In this document: positions 37,899 to 47,819 of the stretch, piece after piece
Layout: every line of letters starts with the position of its first letter
How positions within the stretch are numbered: position 1 is the first letter of the stretch
DNA from: Thermoanaerobaculia bacterium
GTDB taxonomy: Bacteria; Acidobacteriota; Thermoanaerobaculia; Multivoradales; UBA5704
Assembly (NCBI GenBank): GCA_035544895.1
Contig: DASZZM010000039.1
Span: 61,007-125,006, forward strand
Length of the DNA: 64,000 nucleotides
Direction: 5' to 3'
Program-made: the position numbers and the translations under genes
Notes under the pieces: model-generated
Told to the model about the DNA's origin: nothing
Seen by the model: the letters and a program-made list of their open reading frames with translations, nothing else
The model's database searches: none

Positions 37899-38522
37899 TT
37901 AGGTCTCCACGGTACGCAGCACCGCGCGCACGGGGGAGGCGTCGAGGCCCGCCAGCTTGAGGGGCAGGGCGATCAACTCGTAGACTCCTTCCGGGACGCC
38001 GTCGAGCACCAGGCCTTCGAGGATGGCCACTCCGCCGCGCGCCAGAGCGTGGTGGGCGTCGAGGGTGCTGCTGTCGAGCGGGTCGACCGATGGAGTGTCG
38101 AGCCCAACCAGGAGCACACCGCGCGCGGCGAGCAAGAGCGCGACTTCGGGAGAGAGCGCGGTGAAGCGCTCGGGGAAGCTCTTGCGGTCGCGCACGCTCT
38201 CCGTCTTGAAGAGCAGCCGCGGCGGGGCCGCCAGGTCGAGCCCTTCGACGTGGCGCGGCTCGATCAGCGGATGGGCCGGCACCTTGACCACCCGGCAGAG
38301 TCCGAGGAAGCGCTCGAGCGGCAGGTCGGCAATCGTCTCGCCGCGCGCCTCGGTGTGGAACGGAGCATCGGCGTGAGAGCCCACGTGGGAGGTCGTGGTG
38401 ATCGCCGACAGATTGCACGACGCTCCCTCGGCGATCGACGAGGTGAACCGACTCTGGAACGGCACGTCCCCCGGCCAGACCGGGATCTCCGGATGCACCC
38501 CAGGCGACAAGTCATAGAGCAT
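37899..38522 (-). CDS. kynB: Cyclase family protein / kynurenine formamidase-like
   Basis: PVWPGD, HVGSHADAPFH, LVGLDTPSVD, ILEGLVL, YELIALPLKL...DASPVRAVL. Confidence 0.8.
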   Translation of the reverse strand: MLYDLSPGVHPEIPVWPGDVPFQSRFTSSIAEGASCNLSAITTTSHVGSHADAPFHTEARGETIADLPLERFLGLCRVVKVPAHPLIEPRHVEGLDLAAPPRLLFKTESVRDRKSFPERFTALSPEVALLLAARGVLLVGLDTPSVDPLDSSTLDAHHALARGGVAILEGLVLDGVPEGVYELIALPLKLAGLDASPVRAVLRTVET

Positions 38523-38631
38523 GGCGCCCTCCTGCGAACCCTCAATGATAGTCCGAGGGGCGGGCTTGGCGGTGGTGTAGGATATGCACGCGAGTCTTCA
38601 GGGGGGTCAGGGGGCGAGCAGAGGCGATTCG

Positions 38632-39261
38632 ATGAATGAGCGGGACCTGATGGTTGAAGAACAGGTATCGGAGGTGTTCGCGGGCCTCGACGCGGCGCAG
38701 CGCGTCAAGGCCGAACGCATCGCCAAGCACGTGCGGGCGATGATGACGGAGATCGGGCTCGACCTGGCGGACCCCAACCTGGCGGAGACCGACCTGCGGG
38801 TCGCCAAGCTGTACCTGGAGATGTTTCACGGCCTGGACGAAGGCGCCGAGCCCAAGGTGACCACCTTCCCCAACGAGGAAGGGTACAGCCACATGGTGAT
38901 GGAGAAGAACATCCAATTCTACTCCTTGTGCGCTCATCACCTGGTCCCCTTCTACGGCCACGCGCACATCGCCTACATCCCTCGCGGGCGCATCCTTGGC
39001 CTCTCCAAGTTCTCGCGCATCCTCGAGTTCTATGCCAAGCGGCCGCAGCTGCAGGAGCGCATCACCGAGCAGGTGGTGACCTTCATCGACGAGAAGCTGC
39101 AGCCGCAGGGAGCGATGGTCGTCATCGAGGCGCGGCACCTGTGCGTGGAGATGCGCGGCGTCAAGAAATCGGGTGCCCTGACCGTAACCTCCGCCCTGCG
39201 GGGCATCTTTCACCAGCGGCCGGTGCGTGAAGAGTTCCTCGACCTCCTGCGCCGCGAGTAG
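38632..39261 (+). CDS. folE: GTP cyclohydrolase I
   Basis: FYSLCAHHLVPFYG.AHIAY, GLSKF.R, RPQLQERIT.Q, EARHLCVEMRG. Confidence 0.95.
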   Translation: MNERDLMVEEQVSEVFAGLDAAQRVKAERIAKHVRAMMTEIGLDLADPNLAETDLRVAKLYLEMFHGLDEGAEPKVTTFPNEEGYSHMVMEKNIQFYSLCAHHLVPFYGHAHIAYIPRGRILGLSKFSRILEFYAKRPQLQERITEQVVTFIDEKLQPQGAMVVIEARHLCVEMRGVKKSGALTVTSALRGIFHQRPVREEFLDLLRRE

Positions 39262-39820
39262 CGCTGGGCTCGGCGTGCTGCTGCTCGCCGCGCTCGCTTG
39301 CGGCACGTCCACCACGCCGCGCGCGCTCGCCGACCTCACCAACCCTTACCTGGGGCCGGAGCTCTCCGGCTGGCTGATCGGGCCGATCTCCCAGATCGCC
39401 TCCGCCGAGGAGATCCGCTCCTACCTGGCGCTGCGCGACGACCGCCAGGCCGCCTCTTTCGTCGAGCGCTTCTGGGAGAGCCGCAACCCGAAGCCGTCGC
39501 GCCCCAACCCGCTGCTCCAGGCTTTCGAAGAGCGCGAGGCCGAGGCGGACCGCCGCTTCAGCGAGGCTGGCGTGCTCGGCCGGCGCACCGACCGCGGCAC
39601 GGTCTGGGTGGTTTACGGCCCGCCGAGCAGAAGCGGCTTCGAGTCGCCGCCGTCGCCGCGCGACCCGCCGATCGAGCTGTGGGTCTACGACTCCGGCCGC
39701 CCGGCGGGCCTCGACGGCAAGCGGCCGGCGAGCCAGTACCGCTTCGCCAAGCGCGGCGACCTGACCGTGACCTACGTGCCGCGCCATGGCCGCCTGCCCC
39801 AGGCCGGCCCGCCGTTCTGA
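39227..39820 (+). CDS. GWxTD-domain lipoprotein
   Basis: Lipobox-like LAC; F...FWESRNP...NP...F..R...A...F......GRRTDRGTVWVVYGPP; E.W.Y. Confidence 0.8.
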   Translation: MKSSSTSCAASSAGLGVLLLAALACGTSTTPRALADLTNPYLGPELSGWLIGPISQIASAEEIRSYLALRDDRQAASFVERFWESRNPKPSRPNPLLQAFEEREAEADRRFSEAGVLGRRTDRGTVWVVYGPPSRSGFESPPSPRDPPIELWVYDSGRPAGLDGKRPASQYRFAKRGDLTVTYVPRHGRLPQAGPPF

Positions 39821-39843
39821 CGCCGCCGCTCCATGGGCTCCAG

Positions 39844-40911
39844 ATGACCGATCGGGCCGTCCTCCTCGCCACCGGCGTCTCGATTCCGCCGCTCGAAGTC
39901 AGCAACGAGATGCTGGCGCGCATTCTCGACACCGACGACGCCTGGATCCGTGAGCGCAGCGGCATCTCGACCCGCTACTTCGTCGCGGCCGGGACGGCTT
40001 CCTCCGACCTGGGCGCCGAGGCGGCGCGGGCGGCGCTGGCCGCCAGCGGCGTCGAGGGCGGCGAGATCGACTACCTGGTGTGCGCCACGATGACCCCCGA
40101 CCATTACTTTCCGGGGTCCGGCACGATCATCCAGCAGAAGCTCGGCTTGCGGCCGCTGCCGGTGCTCGACATCCGCCAGCAGTGCGCCGGCTTCGCCTAC
40201 GGGATGCAGGTCGTCGACGCCCTGGTGCGCGCCGGCGCCGCCCGCACCGTGCTGCTGGTCGGCACCGACGTCCACACCTCCCTGATGCCCATCTCGGCCC
40301 GCTCCTTCGAGGTCCTGCACGGCCGCGACCCGGGGCCTCTCGCCGCCCAGGAATTCGAGTGGAACTCCAGGTTCCGCCACTTGATGGTGCTGTTCGGCGA
40401 CGGCGCCGGCGCGATGGTCTTCCGCGCCGGGCGCGAGGATGGGCGGGGCATCCTGGGCAGCGTCCTGCAAGGCGACGGCAATCATCGCGACATCCTCTAC
40501 GTGCCCGGAGGCGGGTCGCAGCGCCGCCCCTTCGTCAGCTGCGAGATGATCGAGCGCGCCGAAACGGTGCCGGTGATGGACGGCAGGGCGGTGTTCAAGC
40601 TGGCAGTCACCCGCATGCCCGAGGCCACGCGCGCGGTGCTGAGGCAGAGCGGCTATGGGCTCGAGGACCTCGACCTCTTGATCATGCACCAGGCCAACCT
40701 GCGCATCAACGAGGCGGCGCAGAAGGCGATGGGACTTCCCAACGAGAAGGTCCACAACAACATCCAGAAGTACGGCAACACCACCTCGGCGACCTTGCCC
40801 ATCGCTTTCCACGAGGCCCACGCTCTCGGCAAGGCGCCGCCCGGAGCCCTCGTCGCCTTCACCGCCCTGGGCGCCGGCCTGCACTGGGGCTCGGTGCTGA
40901 TGCGGGTCTAG
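39844..40911 (+). CDS. fabH: 3-oxoacyl-ACP synthase III (FabH-like)
   Basis: WIRERSGI..R, QCAGF (catalytic Cys), LFGDGAGA, HQANLRI, YGNTTSA, GAGLHWG. Confidence 0.85.
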   Translation: MTDRAVLLATGVSIPPLEVSNEMLARILDTDDAWIRERSGISTRYFVAAGTASSDLGAEAARAALAASGVEGGEIDYLVCATMTPDHYFPGSGTIIQQKLGLRPLPVLDIRQQCAGFAYGMQVVDALVRAGAARTVLLVGTDVHTSLMPISARSFEVLHGRDPGPLAAQEFEWNSRFRHLMVLFGDGAGAMVFRAGREDGRGILGSVLQGDGNHRDILYVPGGGSQRRPFVSCEMIERAETVPVMDGRAVFKLAVTRMPEATRAVLRQSGYGLEDLDLLIMHQANLRINEAAQKAMGLPNEKVHNNIQKYGNTTSATLPIAFHEAHALGKAPPGALVAFTALGAGLHWGSVLMRV

Positions 40912-40918
40912 CCCGTCG

Positions 40919-41989
40919 ATGCCTGGGAGCCCTCCCGGACCGATCGCCATCGCCGAGGCCCTGTCCCGCCGGGTGATGGGCCAGGTGGACGCGGTGCGCG
41001 AGATGTCGGTCGCGCTCGCCAAGCACCTCGCCGGCCTGCGGGTGGGCAATATCCTGCTGATCGGCTCTTCGGGCACCGGCAAGACCACGCTGATGCGGGC
41101 CGTGGAGTCCTTTCTTGCCGCCGATCCGGACCTCGCCACTCGCTCGACGGTGGTGCGCATCCATGCCAACGTGCTGGGTGAGGAGGCCGAGCGCGGCAAG
41201 CCGGGCGAGGCCGTTCTCGGGCGCCTGCTCGGGCGGGCGCGCGAGCAGCTCGGGGCTTCGGCTCCGCTCGACGCCCTGATCGCGCGAGCCGGCTGCGGCC
41301 TGGTCTTCGTCGACGAGGTGGACAAGATCCGCGCCCACGTGGGCCACCTGCCCAACGTCGCCGGCATTCGGGCCCAGGAGGCACTGCTCACGCTGATCGA
41401 GAACGAGGCGGTAGCCGTCGCGCTCCCCGCCTGGGCCGGCGGCGGTACGGCGACGGTTGACTCTTCGGGCCTGCTTTTCGTCTGCGCGGGCGCCTTCGAA
41501 GGGCTCTACGACGCCGTCTTCGACCGCGTGACCATCGGCACGGACCGCGGCGCGCTACAGCCGATCACCATCGTCGAGGATGGCAAGGTGCGCGAGCGGC
41601 TCGACTTCCAGCTGCGCAACTGGCTGCGCTATGACGACCTGTTCGCCTACGGCATGAGCCCGCAATTCCTCTCCCGCTTCGACGCCGTGGTGCTGCTCAA
41701 CGACCTCTCGCTCGACGAGCTGGTCCACATCTTCCTCGATACTCCCGACTCCGCCTATCACCACACCCGCGCCTACTTCGCCAGCCTGGGGATCCACCTC
41801 GCGCTGTCTCCGGCCGCCGTCCGCCGCATCGCGTCCGAGGCCGCCCGCCAGCCGCGCCTCGGCGCCCGCGCCCTCAAGGAAGTCTTCCGCCGGGTCATCC
41901 GCGCCTACGAGTACGATCCCGCTCCCGCGGTCAAGGCCGGCAGCTTGTTGATCGATTTGGCAGAAGTCGAGGCGGCGCTGGCCGGTTAA
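40919..41989 (+). CDS. Divergent ClpX-like AAA+ ATPase
   Basis: V.GQ, NILLIGSSGTGKT, VFVDEVDK, Q.ALL.LIE, LFVCAGAF.GL, YGMSPQFLSRF, GARALK. No N-terminal zinc-binding domain. Confidence 0.75.
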   Translation: MPGSPPGPIAIAEALSRRVMGQVDAVREMSVALAKHLAGLRVGNILLIGSSGTGKTTLMRAVESFLAADPDLATRSTVVRIHANVLGEEAERGKPGEAVLGRLLGRAREQLGASAPLDALIARAGCGLVFVDEVDKIRAHVGHLPNVAGIRAQEALLTLIENEAVAVALPAWAGGGTATVDSSGLLFVCAGAFEGLYDAVFDRVTIGTDRGALQPITIVEDGKVRERLDFQLRNWLRYDDLFAYGMSPQFLSRFDAVVLLNDLSLDELVHIFLDTPDSAYHHTRAYFASLGIHLALSPAAVRRIASEAARQPRLGARALKEVFRRVIRAYEYDPAPAVKAGSLLIDLAEVEAALAG

Positions 41990-42765
41990 TCGGCTCGCCC
42001 CCGTTTCCTCCTTACCTGGCGCTGCTCGACGAGGGCGCGGTAGCGGGCACGGCGGCGGCGGCCCTGGAGGAGAGGGGGGAGGAGGGTGAGGAGGATGAGG
42101 AAGACGACGGCGACGCCGAGCTGCAGCCAGATCGCAGAGCGCCGGCCCTCGGCCGCATGCGCGAGGGCGGCGAAGAAATAGGTATAGATGAACACGGCCG
42201 GGATGAGGCCGACCGCGGTGGTGGCGAGGAAGAGGCCCGGTGGTACGCCGGCCAGGGCGGCGCAGTAGTTGGTCACGGCGAAGGGCAGGCCCGGCACGAA
42301 GCGGATCGCGACCAGCCCCCAGAAGCCGCGCTGGGCGAGCCCCCGCTCGACCTTCTTCAGTCGCTTGCCGGCCAGGTGGCGGACGAAGTCGCGGCCGAGG
42401 AAGCGGCCGAGAGCGTAGGTCGAGGCGGCGCCCAGGAAGAGCCCGATCAGGTTGTAGAGCGTGCCCTGCGCGGCGCCGAAAACCACGGCCCCGGCGAGCA
42501 TCGGCGGCACGGCCGGCATGCCGATCGGGCTCGCCAGCAGGTAGACCGCGATCAGCAGCGCGGGCGCCCACCACGCCTGGCGCAGGCTCTCGAAGGCGGC
42601 CTTCAGCTGCGGGCCCGAGGCATAGCCGGCCAGCGGCGTCCAGCGCAGGGCAGCGAAGCCGGCGGCCACCAGCAACGCCAGGAGCACGAAGCGGAACAGG
42701 GCCTGGCGCGGCAGCCCCGAGGACGGCTTGGCGCCGGTCTCCCGGGTCGTCGGTTCGCTGGTCAC
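41986..42765 (-). CDS. TVP38/TMEM64 (DedA/VTT) membrane protein
   Basis: GAVVFG...G, Y.LGRFLGR, RFVPGLPF..TNY.A.L, F..T..G.IP. Confidence 0.88.
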   Translation of the reverse strand: MTSEPTTRETGAKPSSGLPRQALFRFVLLALLVAAGFAALRWTPLAGYASGPQLKAAFESLRQAWWAPALLIAVYLLASPIGMPAVPPMLAGAVVFGAAQGTLYNLIGLFLGAASTYALGRFLGRDFVRHLAGKRLKKVERGLAQRGFWGLVAIRFVPGLPFAVTNYCAALAGVPPGLFLATTAVGLIPAVFIYTYFFAALAHAAEGRRSAIWLQLGVAVVFLILLTLLPPLLQGRRRRARYRALVEQRQVRRKRGRAD

Positions 42766-42788
42766 GAGTGGCCTGTACCTACAGGCCG

Positions 42789-43052
42789 CTAGCCCGAGGC
42801 CGGCTCCCGCGTCGCGGCGCTCGGATTCAGGAAGTCCCGCATCTGCTTGTCGAGGATCTCCTGCGCCGCCGGGTCCATGAAGTTCAGGCGCAGCTCGTTG
42901 ATCACCATTACCTCGGCGCGGGTCCATTCGGCCCAGCAGTCGGCGCAGGTCTGCGCCTGGATCTCGCGGCCGCGCTGGCCCGGCAAGGGGGGGCGCGCCA
43001 GGGCGGGGGCCGCCTCCCGGCCGCAGCGCACGCAGTGTATGGTTTCAGGCAC
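42789..43052 (-). CDS. YggX-like Fe(II)-trafficking / oxidative-damage protection protein
   Basis: C..CG......PP.PG..G..I....C..CW.EW......INE.RLN......Q..L..QM..FL. Confidence 0.85.
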   Translation of the reverse strand: MPETIHCVRCGREAAPALARPPLPGQRGREIQAQTCADCWAEWTRAEVMVINELRLNFMDPAAQEILDKQMRDFLNPSAATREPASG

Positions 43053-43054
43053 TC

Positions 43055-43321
43055 TTAGCGGACCTCGCCGGGGAGCACGATGCGGCTGGTCGAGCGCTCG
43101 AGGACCTGGTGCGGCACGACGACCAGGAGGACCAGGTCGCGCTCGTCCGCCCTGCCCTTCAGCCCCTTGACCACCTCATCCGGGACCGCGATTTTGACGT
43201 AAGCCGGCCTCTTCGGGTTCTGGCGGGCGCTCTCCAGCACCAGCTCCGCGAGCTGCATCACCTCGACGCGCTCCGGGTACTTGTCGAGCGCGAAGGCCAG
43301 GGCCTGCGTGGGGTTCTGCAT
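43055..43321 (-). CDS. Hypothetical protein (88 aa)
   Basis: Coding-like codon use; fits the minus-strand run with 2-bp spacing; TAGAAT 6 nt upstream of ATG. Confidence 0.65.
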   Translation of the reverse strand: MQNPTQALAFALDKYPERVEVMQLAELVLESARQNPKRPAYVKIAVPDEVVKGLKGRADERDLVLLVVVPHQVLERSTSRIVLPGEVR

Positions 43322-43330
43322 GGGCGGATT

Positions 43331-44335
43331 CTATGCGGATCCAGGCTGGTATGCCGCTCTCTCTTGATGCTCGCCGCCTTCCGGCATGCGGCCGTCGCGG
43401 CGCTCGACCACCGAGCGGAAATAGCGGATCGTGCTGGCGAGGCCGTCTTCGAGTCCGACCCTCGGCTCCCAGCGGAGGCGCTGCCGGGCCAGCGTGATGT
43501 CGGGTTGCCGGGTCTGAGGATCGTCAACCGGCAGGGCCCTGTGCACGATCGGGCTGCCGCTGCCGGTCACCCGGCGGATGATCTCGGCGAACTGCAGGAT
43601 CGTCATCTCATGCGGGTTGCCGATGTTGACCGGTTCGTCGACGTCGCTTCCGAGCAGACGGTAGATGCCTTCGATCAGGTCGTCCACGTAGCAGAAGGAG
43701 CGGGTCTGGGTGCCCGCGCCGAAGACGGTCAGCGGCTCGCCGGCCAGCGCCTGCTGGATGAAAGCAGGCACTACTCTGCCGTCGCGCAAGCGCATGCGCG
43801 GCCCGTAGGTGTTGAAGATCCGCACGATGCGGACCTCCAGGCCATGGTAGCGGTGGTACGCCATGGCGATGGCTTCGGCAAAGCGCTTGGCCTCGTCGTA
43901 GACGCCGCGCGGCCCGACCGGGTTGACGTTGCCCCAGTAGCTCTCTTTCTGCGGATGCTCTTTGGGGTCGCCGTAGACCTCCGAAGTGGAGGCGAGCAGG
44001 AAACGCGCCCCCTTGGCGCGCGCCAGGCCCAGGGCGTTGTGGGTGCCGAGCGAGCCCACCTTGAGCGTCTGGATGGGCAGCTCCAGGTAGTCGATCGGCG
44101 AAGCCGGCGAGGCGAAGTGGAGGACGTAGTCAACCGCGCCCGGCACCTCGAACTTGACCGTGACGTCGTGGTGCATGTAGTGGAAGTCGGGACGCTGCCG
44201 CAGGTGCGCCACGTTCTCCATGCGCCCGGTCAGCAGGTTGTCGACGCAGACCACCTCGTGACCTTCGGCGAGCAGCCGCTCGCAGAGATGCGAGCCGAGG
44301 AACCCCGCGCCTCCGGTGATGACCGCGCGGCTCAC
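43331..44335 (-). CDS. UDP-glucuronate decarboxylase (UXS-like)
   Basis: [58 protein letters not shown]. Confidence 0.93.
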   Translation of the reverse strand: MSRAVITGGAGFLGSHLCERLLAEGHEVVCVDNLLTGRMENVAHLRQRPDFHYMHHDVTVKFEVPGAVDYVLHFASPASPIDYLELPIQTLKVGSLGTHNALGLARAKGARFLLASTSEVYGDPKEHPQKESYWGNVNPVGPRGVYDEAKRFAEAIAMAYHRYHGLEVRIVRIFNTYGPRMRLRDGRVVPAFIQQALAGEPLTVFGAGTQTRSFCYVDDLIEGIYRLLGSDVDEPVNIGNPHEMTILQFAEIIRRVTGSGSPIVHRALPVDDPQTRQPDITLARQRLRWEPRVGLEDGLASTIRYFRSVVERRDGRMPEGGEHQERAAYQPGSA

Positions 44336-45732
44336 GGATTCGACCTGCCGGGAGTGCCGCCAATGGCGGGAGCGGCGACCGACCTGCCGGGAGTGTCGCC
44401 AATGGCGGGAGCGGCGACCGCGGGCAGAGCCTGGGGACGGCCGATCGACACGTACTCGAACTGCGCCGCCGCGAGCTTGCCGGGCTCATAGAGATTGCGC
44501 AGATCGACGATCAAGGGCCGGCGCATGAGGCGATGCAGCCGGTCGAGCTCCAGCTTGCGGAACTGGTTCCATTCCGTGGCGATGACCAGGGCGTCGGCGC
44601 CGCGCGCGGCCTCGTAGGGGTTGTCGCAGAACTGGACCTCGGGGAAAAGCGGCCGGCAGGCGGCCATCGCCTCCGGATCGAAAGCGCGCACCGCGGCGCC
44701 GCTCGCGAGCAGCCCCGCGACGATGGGCAGCGCCGGCGACTCGCGGATGTCGTCGGTGTTGGGCTTGAAGGACAGGCCCAGCACCGCCACGGTGCGGCCG
44801 GCGATCCTGCCCAAGGCCTTTTCGATCTTGTCCACCATGCGCGCGTTGGTGGCCGTGTTGACCTCGAGCACCGCTTCGATGATGCGGAATGAGAGGCCCT
44901 GGTCGCGCGCGATCTGCGCCACCGCCCGGGTGTCCTTGGGAAAGCACGAGCCGCCGAAGCCGGGGCCGGGCTGCAGGAACTTCGGCCCGATGCGGTTGTC
45001 CAGTCCCATGCCGCGGGCCACGACCTCGACGTTGGCGCCGAGCGCTTCGCAGAGCAGCGCCACTTCGTTGATGAACGAGATCTTGGTGGCGAGGAAGCCG
45101 TTCGACGCGTACTTGATCAGCTCGGCGCTCTCGACGTCGGTGATCACGAACGGCACGTCGGCGGCGACCAGCGGCGAGTAGACGTCGAGCATCAGATCGA
45201 TCGCCTGCTGGTCGCGCGTGCCGATCACCACGCGGTCCGGGTGCATGAAGTCGTCGATGGCCGAACCTTCGCGCAGGAACTCGGGATTGGAAACCACCGC
45301 GAACGGATGCCGGCCGCCCGCTCCCTCGCGGACGATTGATTCGATCATCTTGCCGGTGCCGATCGGCACGGTGCTCTTGGTGACGATGATCTTGTAGCCG
45401 TTCAGGTGCTCGCCGATCGCGGAGGCCACCTCGCGGATGAACGTCAGATCGGCCGAGCCGTCTTCCTTGGGCGGCGTGCCCACGGCAATAAAGATGGCCT
45501 GCGCCTCGGCAATCGCCGCCGCCAGCTCGGTCGAAAAGCTCAGGCGTCCCTCGCCCATGTTCTTCTGCACCAGGGTCTCGAGGCCCGGCTCGTAGATGGG
45601 CACCTTGCCGCGCGCCAGCTCCTCGATCTTGCCGTGGTCTTTGTCCACGCCGGTTACGTGCATGCCGAAGTCGGCCAGGCAGGCGCCCGTCACCAGGCCG
45701 ACGTACCCGCTCCCCGCGACGCAGATCTTCAT
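44332..45732 (-). CDS. ugd: UDP-glucose/GDP-mannose dehydrogenase
   Basis: [63 protein letters not shown]. Confidence 0.95.
   Translation of the reverse strand: MKICVAGSGYVGLVTGACLADFGMHVTGVDKDHGKIEELARGKVPIYEPGLETLVQKNMGEGRLSFSTELAAAIAEAQAIFIAVGTPPKEDGSADLTFIREVASAIGEHLNGYKIIVTKSTVPIGTGKMIESIVREGAGGRHPFAVVSNPEFLREGSAIDDFMHPDRVVIGTRDQQAIDLMLDVYSPLVAADVPFVITDVESAELIKYASNGFLATKISFINEVALLCEALGANVEVVARGMGLDNRIGPKFLQPGPGFGGSCFPKDTRAVAQIARDQGLSFRIIEAVLEVNTATNARMVDKIEKALGRIAGRTVAVLGLSFKPNTDDIRESPALPIVAGLLASGAAVRAFDPEAMAACRPLFPEVQFCDNPYEAARGADALVIATEWNQFRKLELDRLHRLMRRPLIVDLRNLYEPGKLAAAQFEYVSIGRPQALPAVAAPAIGDTPGRSVAAPAIGGTPGRSNP
44341..44418 (-). repeat. 39-bp tandem duplication in the ugd C-terminal tail
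   Basis: Units 44341-44379 and 44380-44418 differ at one base; encode VAAPAIG(D/G)TPGRS twice. Confidence 0.9.
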
Positions 45733-46766
45733 AGATGGCTCTCGTTTCTCGCCGCTCCGGCTCCCGCCGGATCCGGAAGGTTGGCCGCGGGCACTGAGGC
45801 GGCTTGGCTCCCGCGGTACCAGGCGACGAAGCGCCGCAGGCCTTCGCGGATCGGAACCTTCGGAGAATAGCCCAGCAGCCGCGCCGCTTTGGTGACGTCG
45901 GCATAGGTGATCGGAACGTCTCCGGGCTGTGCGGGAAGGTACTCGATGCGCGGCTCGACGCCGAGCTCCTCGGCGAGCCGCGTGACGAGCTCGTGCAGCG
46001 AAGTCGTTTCGGCGCCGCCCAGGTTCAGGATCTCGAACCGGGGCGCGAGATCGAGAGCGGCCGCCAGCCCGTCCACGATGTCGTCGACGTAGGTGTAATC
46101 GCGGCGGCTCGAGCCGTCGCCGTAAACCGGTACGGGCCGGCCGCCGGCCAGCAGCTCGGTGAACTTATGAATCGCCATTTCCGGGCGCTGCGCCGGCCCG
46201 TAAACGGTGAAGAATCGCAAGCAAACCGCCTTCAGCCCGTAAAGATGATGATAGTTGTAGCACAGCAGCTCGCCCGCCCGCTTGGTCGTGGCGTACGGGC
46301 TGATCGGCTGGTCCACCCCATCGTCCTCCGCGAAAGGAACTTTCCGATTGATGCCGTAGACCGAAGAGGAGGAGCCGAACACGAAGCGCTCGGGGCCGTG
46401 CCGGCGCGCCGCTTCCAGCAGGCGGAGGGTGCCGATGCAGTTGACTTCTTCGTAGAGGATCGGCTGCTGCAAGCTCGGGCGCACCCCGGCCCGCGCCGCC
46501 AGGTGCACCACGGCGTCGAGGCCGCTCTCGGCGAACAAGCGGTCGACGAGCCGGTGATCGCGGATGTCTCCTTCGACCAGCCGGCAGCGGTCCGCGTACT
46601 CGGCGGCGGCGAGCAGCGGAGCCAGGTTGGCGCGCTTGCGCGCCGGGTCATAAAAATCGTTGAAATCGTCGAGCACCGTGACGCGGTCGCCGCGGGCGAG
46701 CAGCCTCCGCGTCAGGTGCGAGCCGATGAAGCCCGCGCCGCCAGTGACCAGGATGTGGATGGGCAT
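45729..46766 (-). CDS. NAD-dependent epimerase (UDP-glucuronate 4-epimerase-like)
   Basis: TGGAGFIGSH, HLAARAGVR.S, SSSSVYG, PISPYATTK, LRFFTVYGP.QRP.MA, QPGDV..T.AD. Confidence 0.92.
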   Translation of the reverse strand: MPIHILVTGGAGFIGSHLTRRLLARGDRVTVLDDFNDFYDPARKRANLAPLLAAAEYADRCRLVEGDIRDHRLVDRLFAESGLDAVVHLAARAGVRPSLQQPILYEEVNCIGTLRLLEAARRHGPERFVFGSSSSVYGINRKVPFAEDDGVDQPISPYATTKRAGELLCYNYHHLYGLKAVCLRFFTVYGPAQRPEMAIHKFTELLAGGRPVPVYGDGSSRRDYTYVDDIVDGLAAALDLAPRFEILNLGGAETTSLHELVTRLAEELGVEPRIEYLPAQPGDVPITYADVTKAARLLGYSPKVPIREGLRRFVAWYRGSQAASVPAANLPDPAGAGAARNESHL

Positions 46767-46784
46767 GGCTCGAGATCGGTTTTT

Positions 46785-47819
46785 CTATCGCGATGGCGGC
46801 GGCTGCGGCGGTTGCTTCCCCTTGGACGGTGTCCGGGGCGCTGGACCTCCTCCGCTCTGTCCCTTGGTGGCGTCCTGGTAGCGCTTGGCGATCCCCGCCT
46901 TCTGGCGGTTCTGGACGAGCCAGCGTAGCATCTTGTTCTGATTGACGCCAACGACCATGTTGTTGAGCGCGTCGTAGATCTGGGGGTCCTGGACCAGCTT
47001 GCCCAGGGTGCCCTGGCCGCTGGCCACTTTGCCGGTGACCATGGCGAGGTTGTCGACGGTCTTGCGCAGTTTTTCGGTGATCTCGCGGCCGTACGCCTGG
47101 TCGCCGAGCAGCCGCGGCAGCAGGCCGCCGCCACCTCGGTTCAGGCTGGCGGTGAAGACAGCGAGGTCCTGGCTCGCCTGGTTGAGGTTCTGGGTGATCT
47201 GCCTCACCTGGGCCATGACGTCTCCGCCGGAGGCGACGAGGGTCTGGACACTGATCGGGGTGAAGGCGGGGATCTCTTCCTTGACCGGGATCGTGGGGTA
47301 CTTCGGCGAGCCCACGGTGAGGGCGACGAACTTGTCGCCGAGCAGACCTTGGGTCTTGAGCTCGGCCCGGGTGGCCGGCGGCGCCGTCCCCGCCGTCGGC
47401 GCGGGCGGCGCTGTCTGCGATGTCGGCGTTGTCAGCGCCGCGGGCCCCTGCGGCGCGCGCAGCCGCTCGGCATAACGCCGGTCGATCTCGATCCACACGC
47501 GGACCTCGGTGCGGTTGGGATCTTCCGGCAGGGTCACCTCCGCGACCTTGCCGACGTTGACGCCGTTGAGCTGTACCACGTTGCCCGCGGCAAGGCCGTC
47601 GACGTCGTTGAATCGGATGTAGTAGCGGTTCTTGCGGACGAAGAGGCTTTCCTGGTTGCCGATCAACGCCACGCCGGCAGCCAGCACGGCGAGGGCGATC
47701 ACGACCAGAAGGCCCACTTTGAGCGCGCTGGCGCGCGCCGGCGGCCGGCCGGAGCGCGCACGGGGCTCGCCGGAGCGCTCCGGGGGTCCGGCTGATTCCG
47801 CCGGGGGCTCATGCGGCAT
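46785..47819 (-). CDS. mlaD: MlaD/MCE family protein
   Basis: ALKVGLLVV TM anchor; GL..G..V.LNGV.VG.V; QGLLGDKFV.L; helical tail with GTLGKL..DP..Y. Confidence 0.85.
   Translation of the reverse strand: MPHEPPAESAGPPERSGEPRARSGRPPARASALKVGLLVVIALAVLAAGVALIGNQESLFVRKNRYYIRFNDVDGLAAGNVVQLNGVNVGKVAEVTLPEDPNRTEVRVWIEIDRRYAERLRAPQGPAALTTPTSQTAPPAPTAGTAPPATRAELKTQGLLGDKFVALTVGSPKYPTIPVKEEIPAFTPISVQTLVASGGDVMAQVRQITQNLNQASQDLAVFTASLNRGGGGLLPRLLGDQAYGREITEKLRKTVDNLAMVTGKVASGQGTLGKLVQDPQIYDALNNMVVGVNQNKMLRWLVQNRQKAGIAKRYQDATKGQSGGGPAPRTPSKGKQPPQPPPSR

Noticed and set aside
38632-39261. folE and kynB as part of a novel cofactor/biosynthetic cluster
   Set aside because: They are divergent, neighbours are unrelated housekeeping genes, and no queC/D/E or pterin genes are present.
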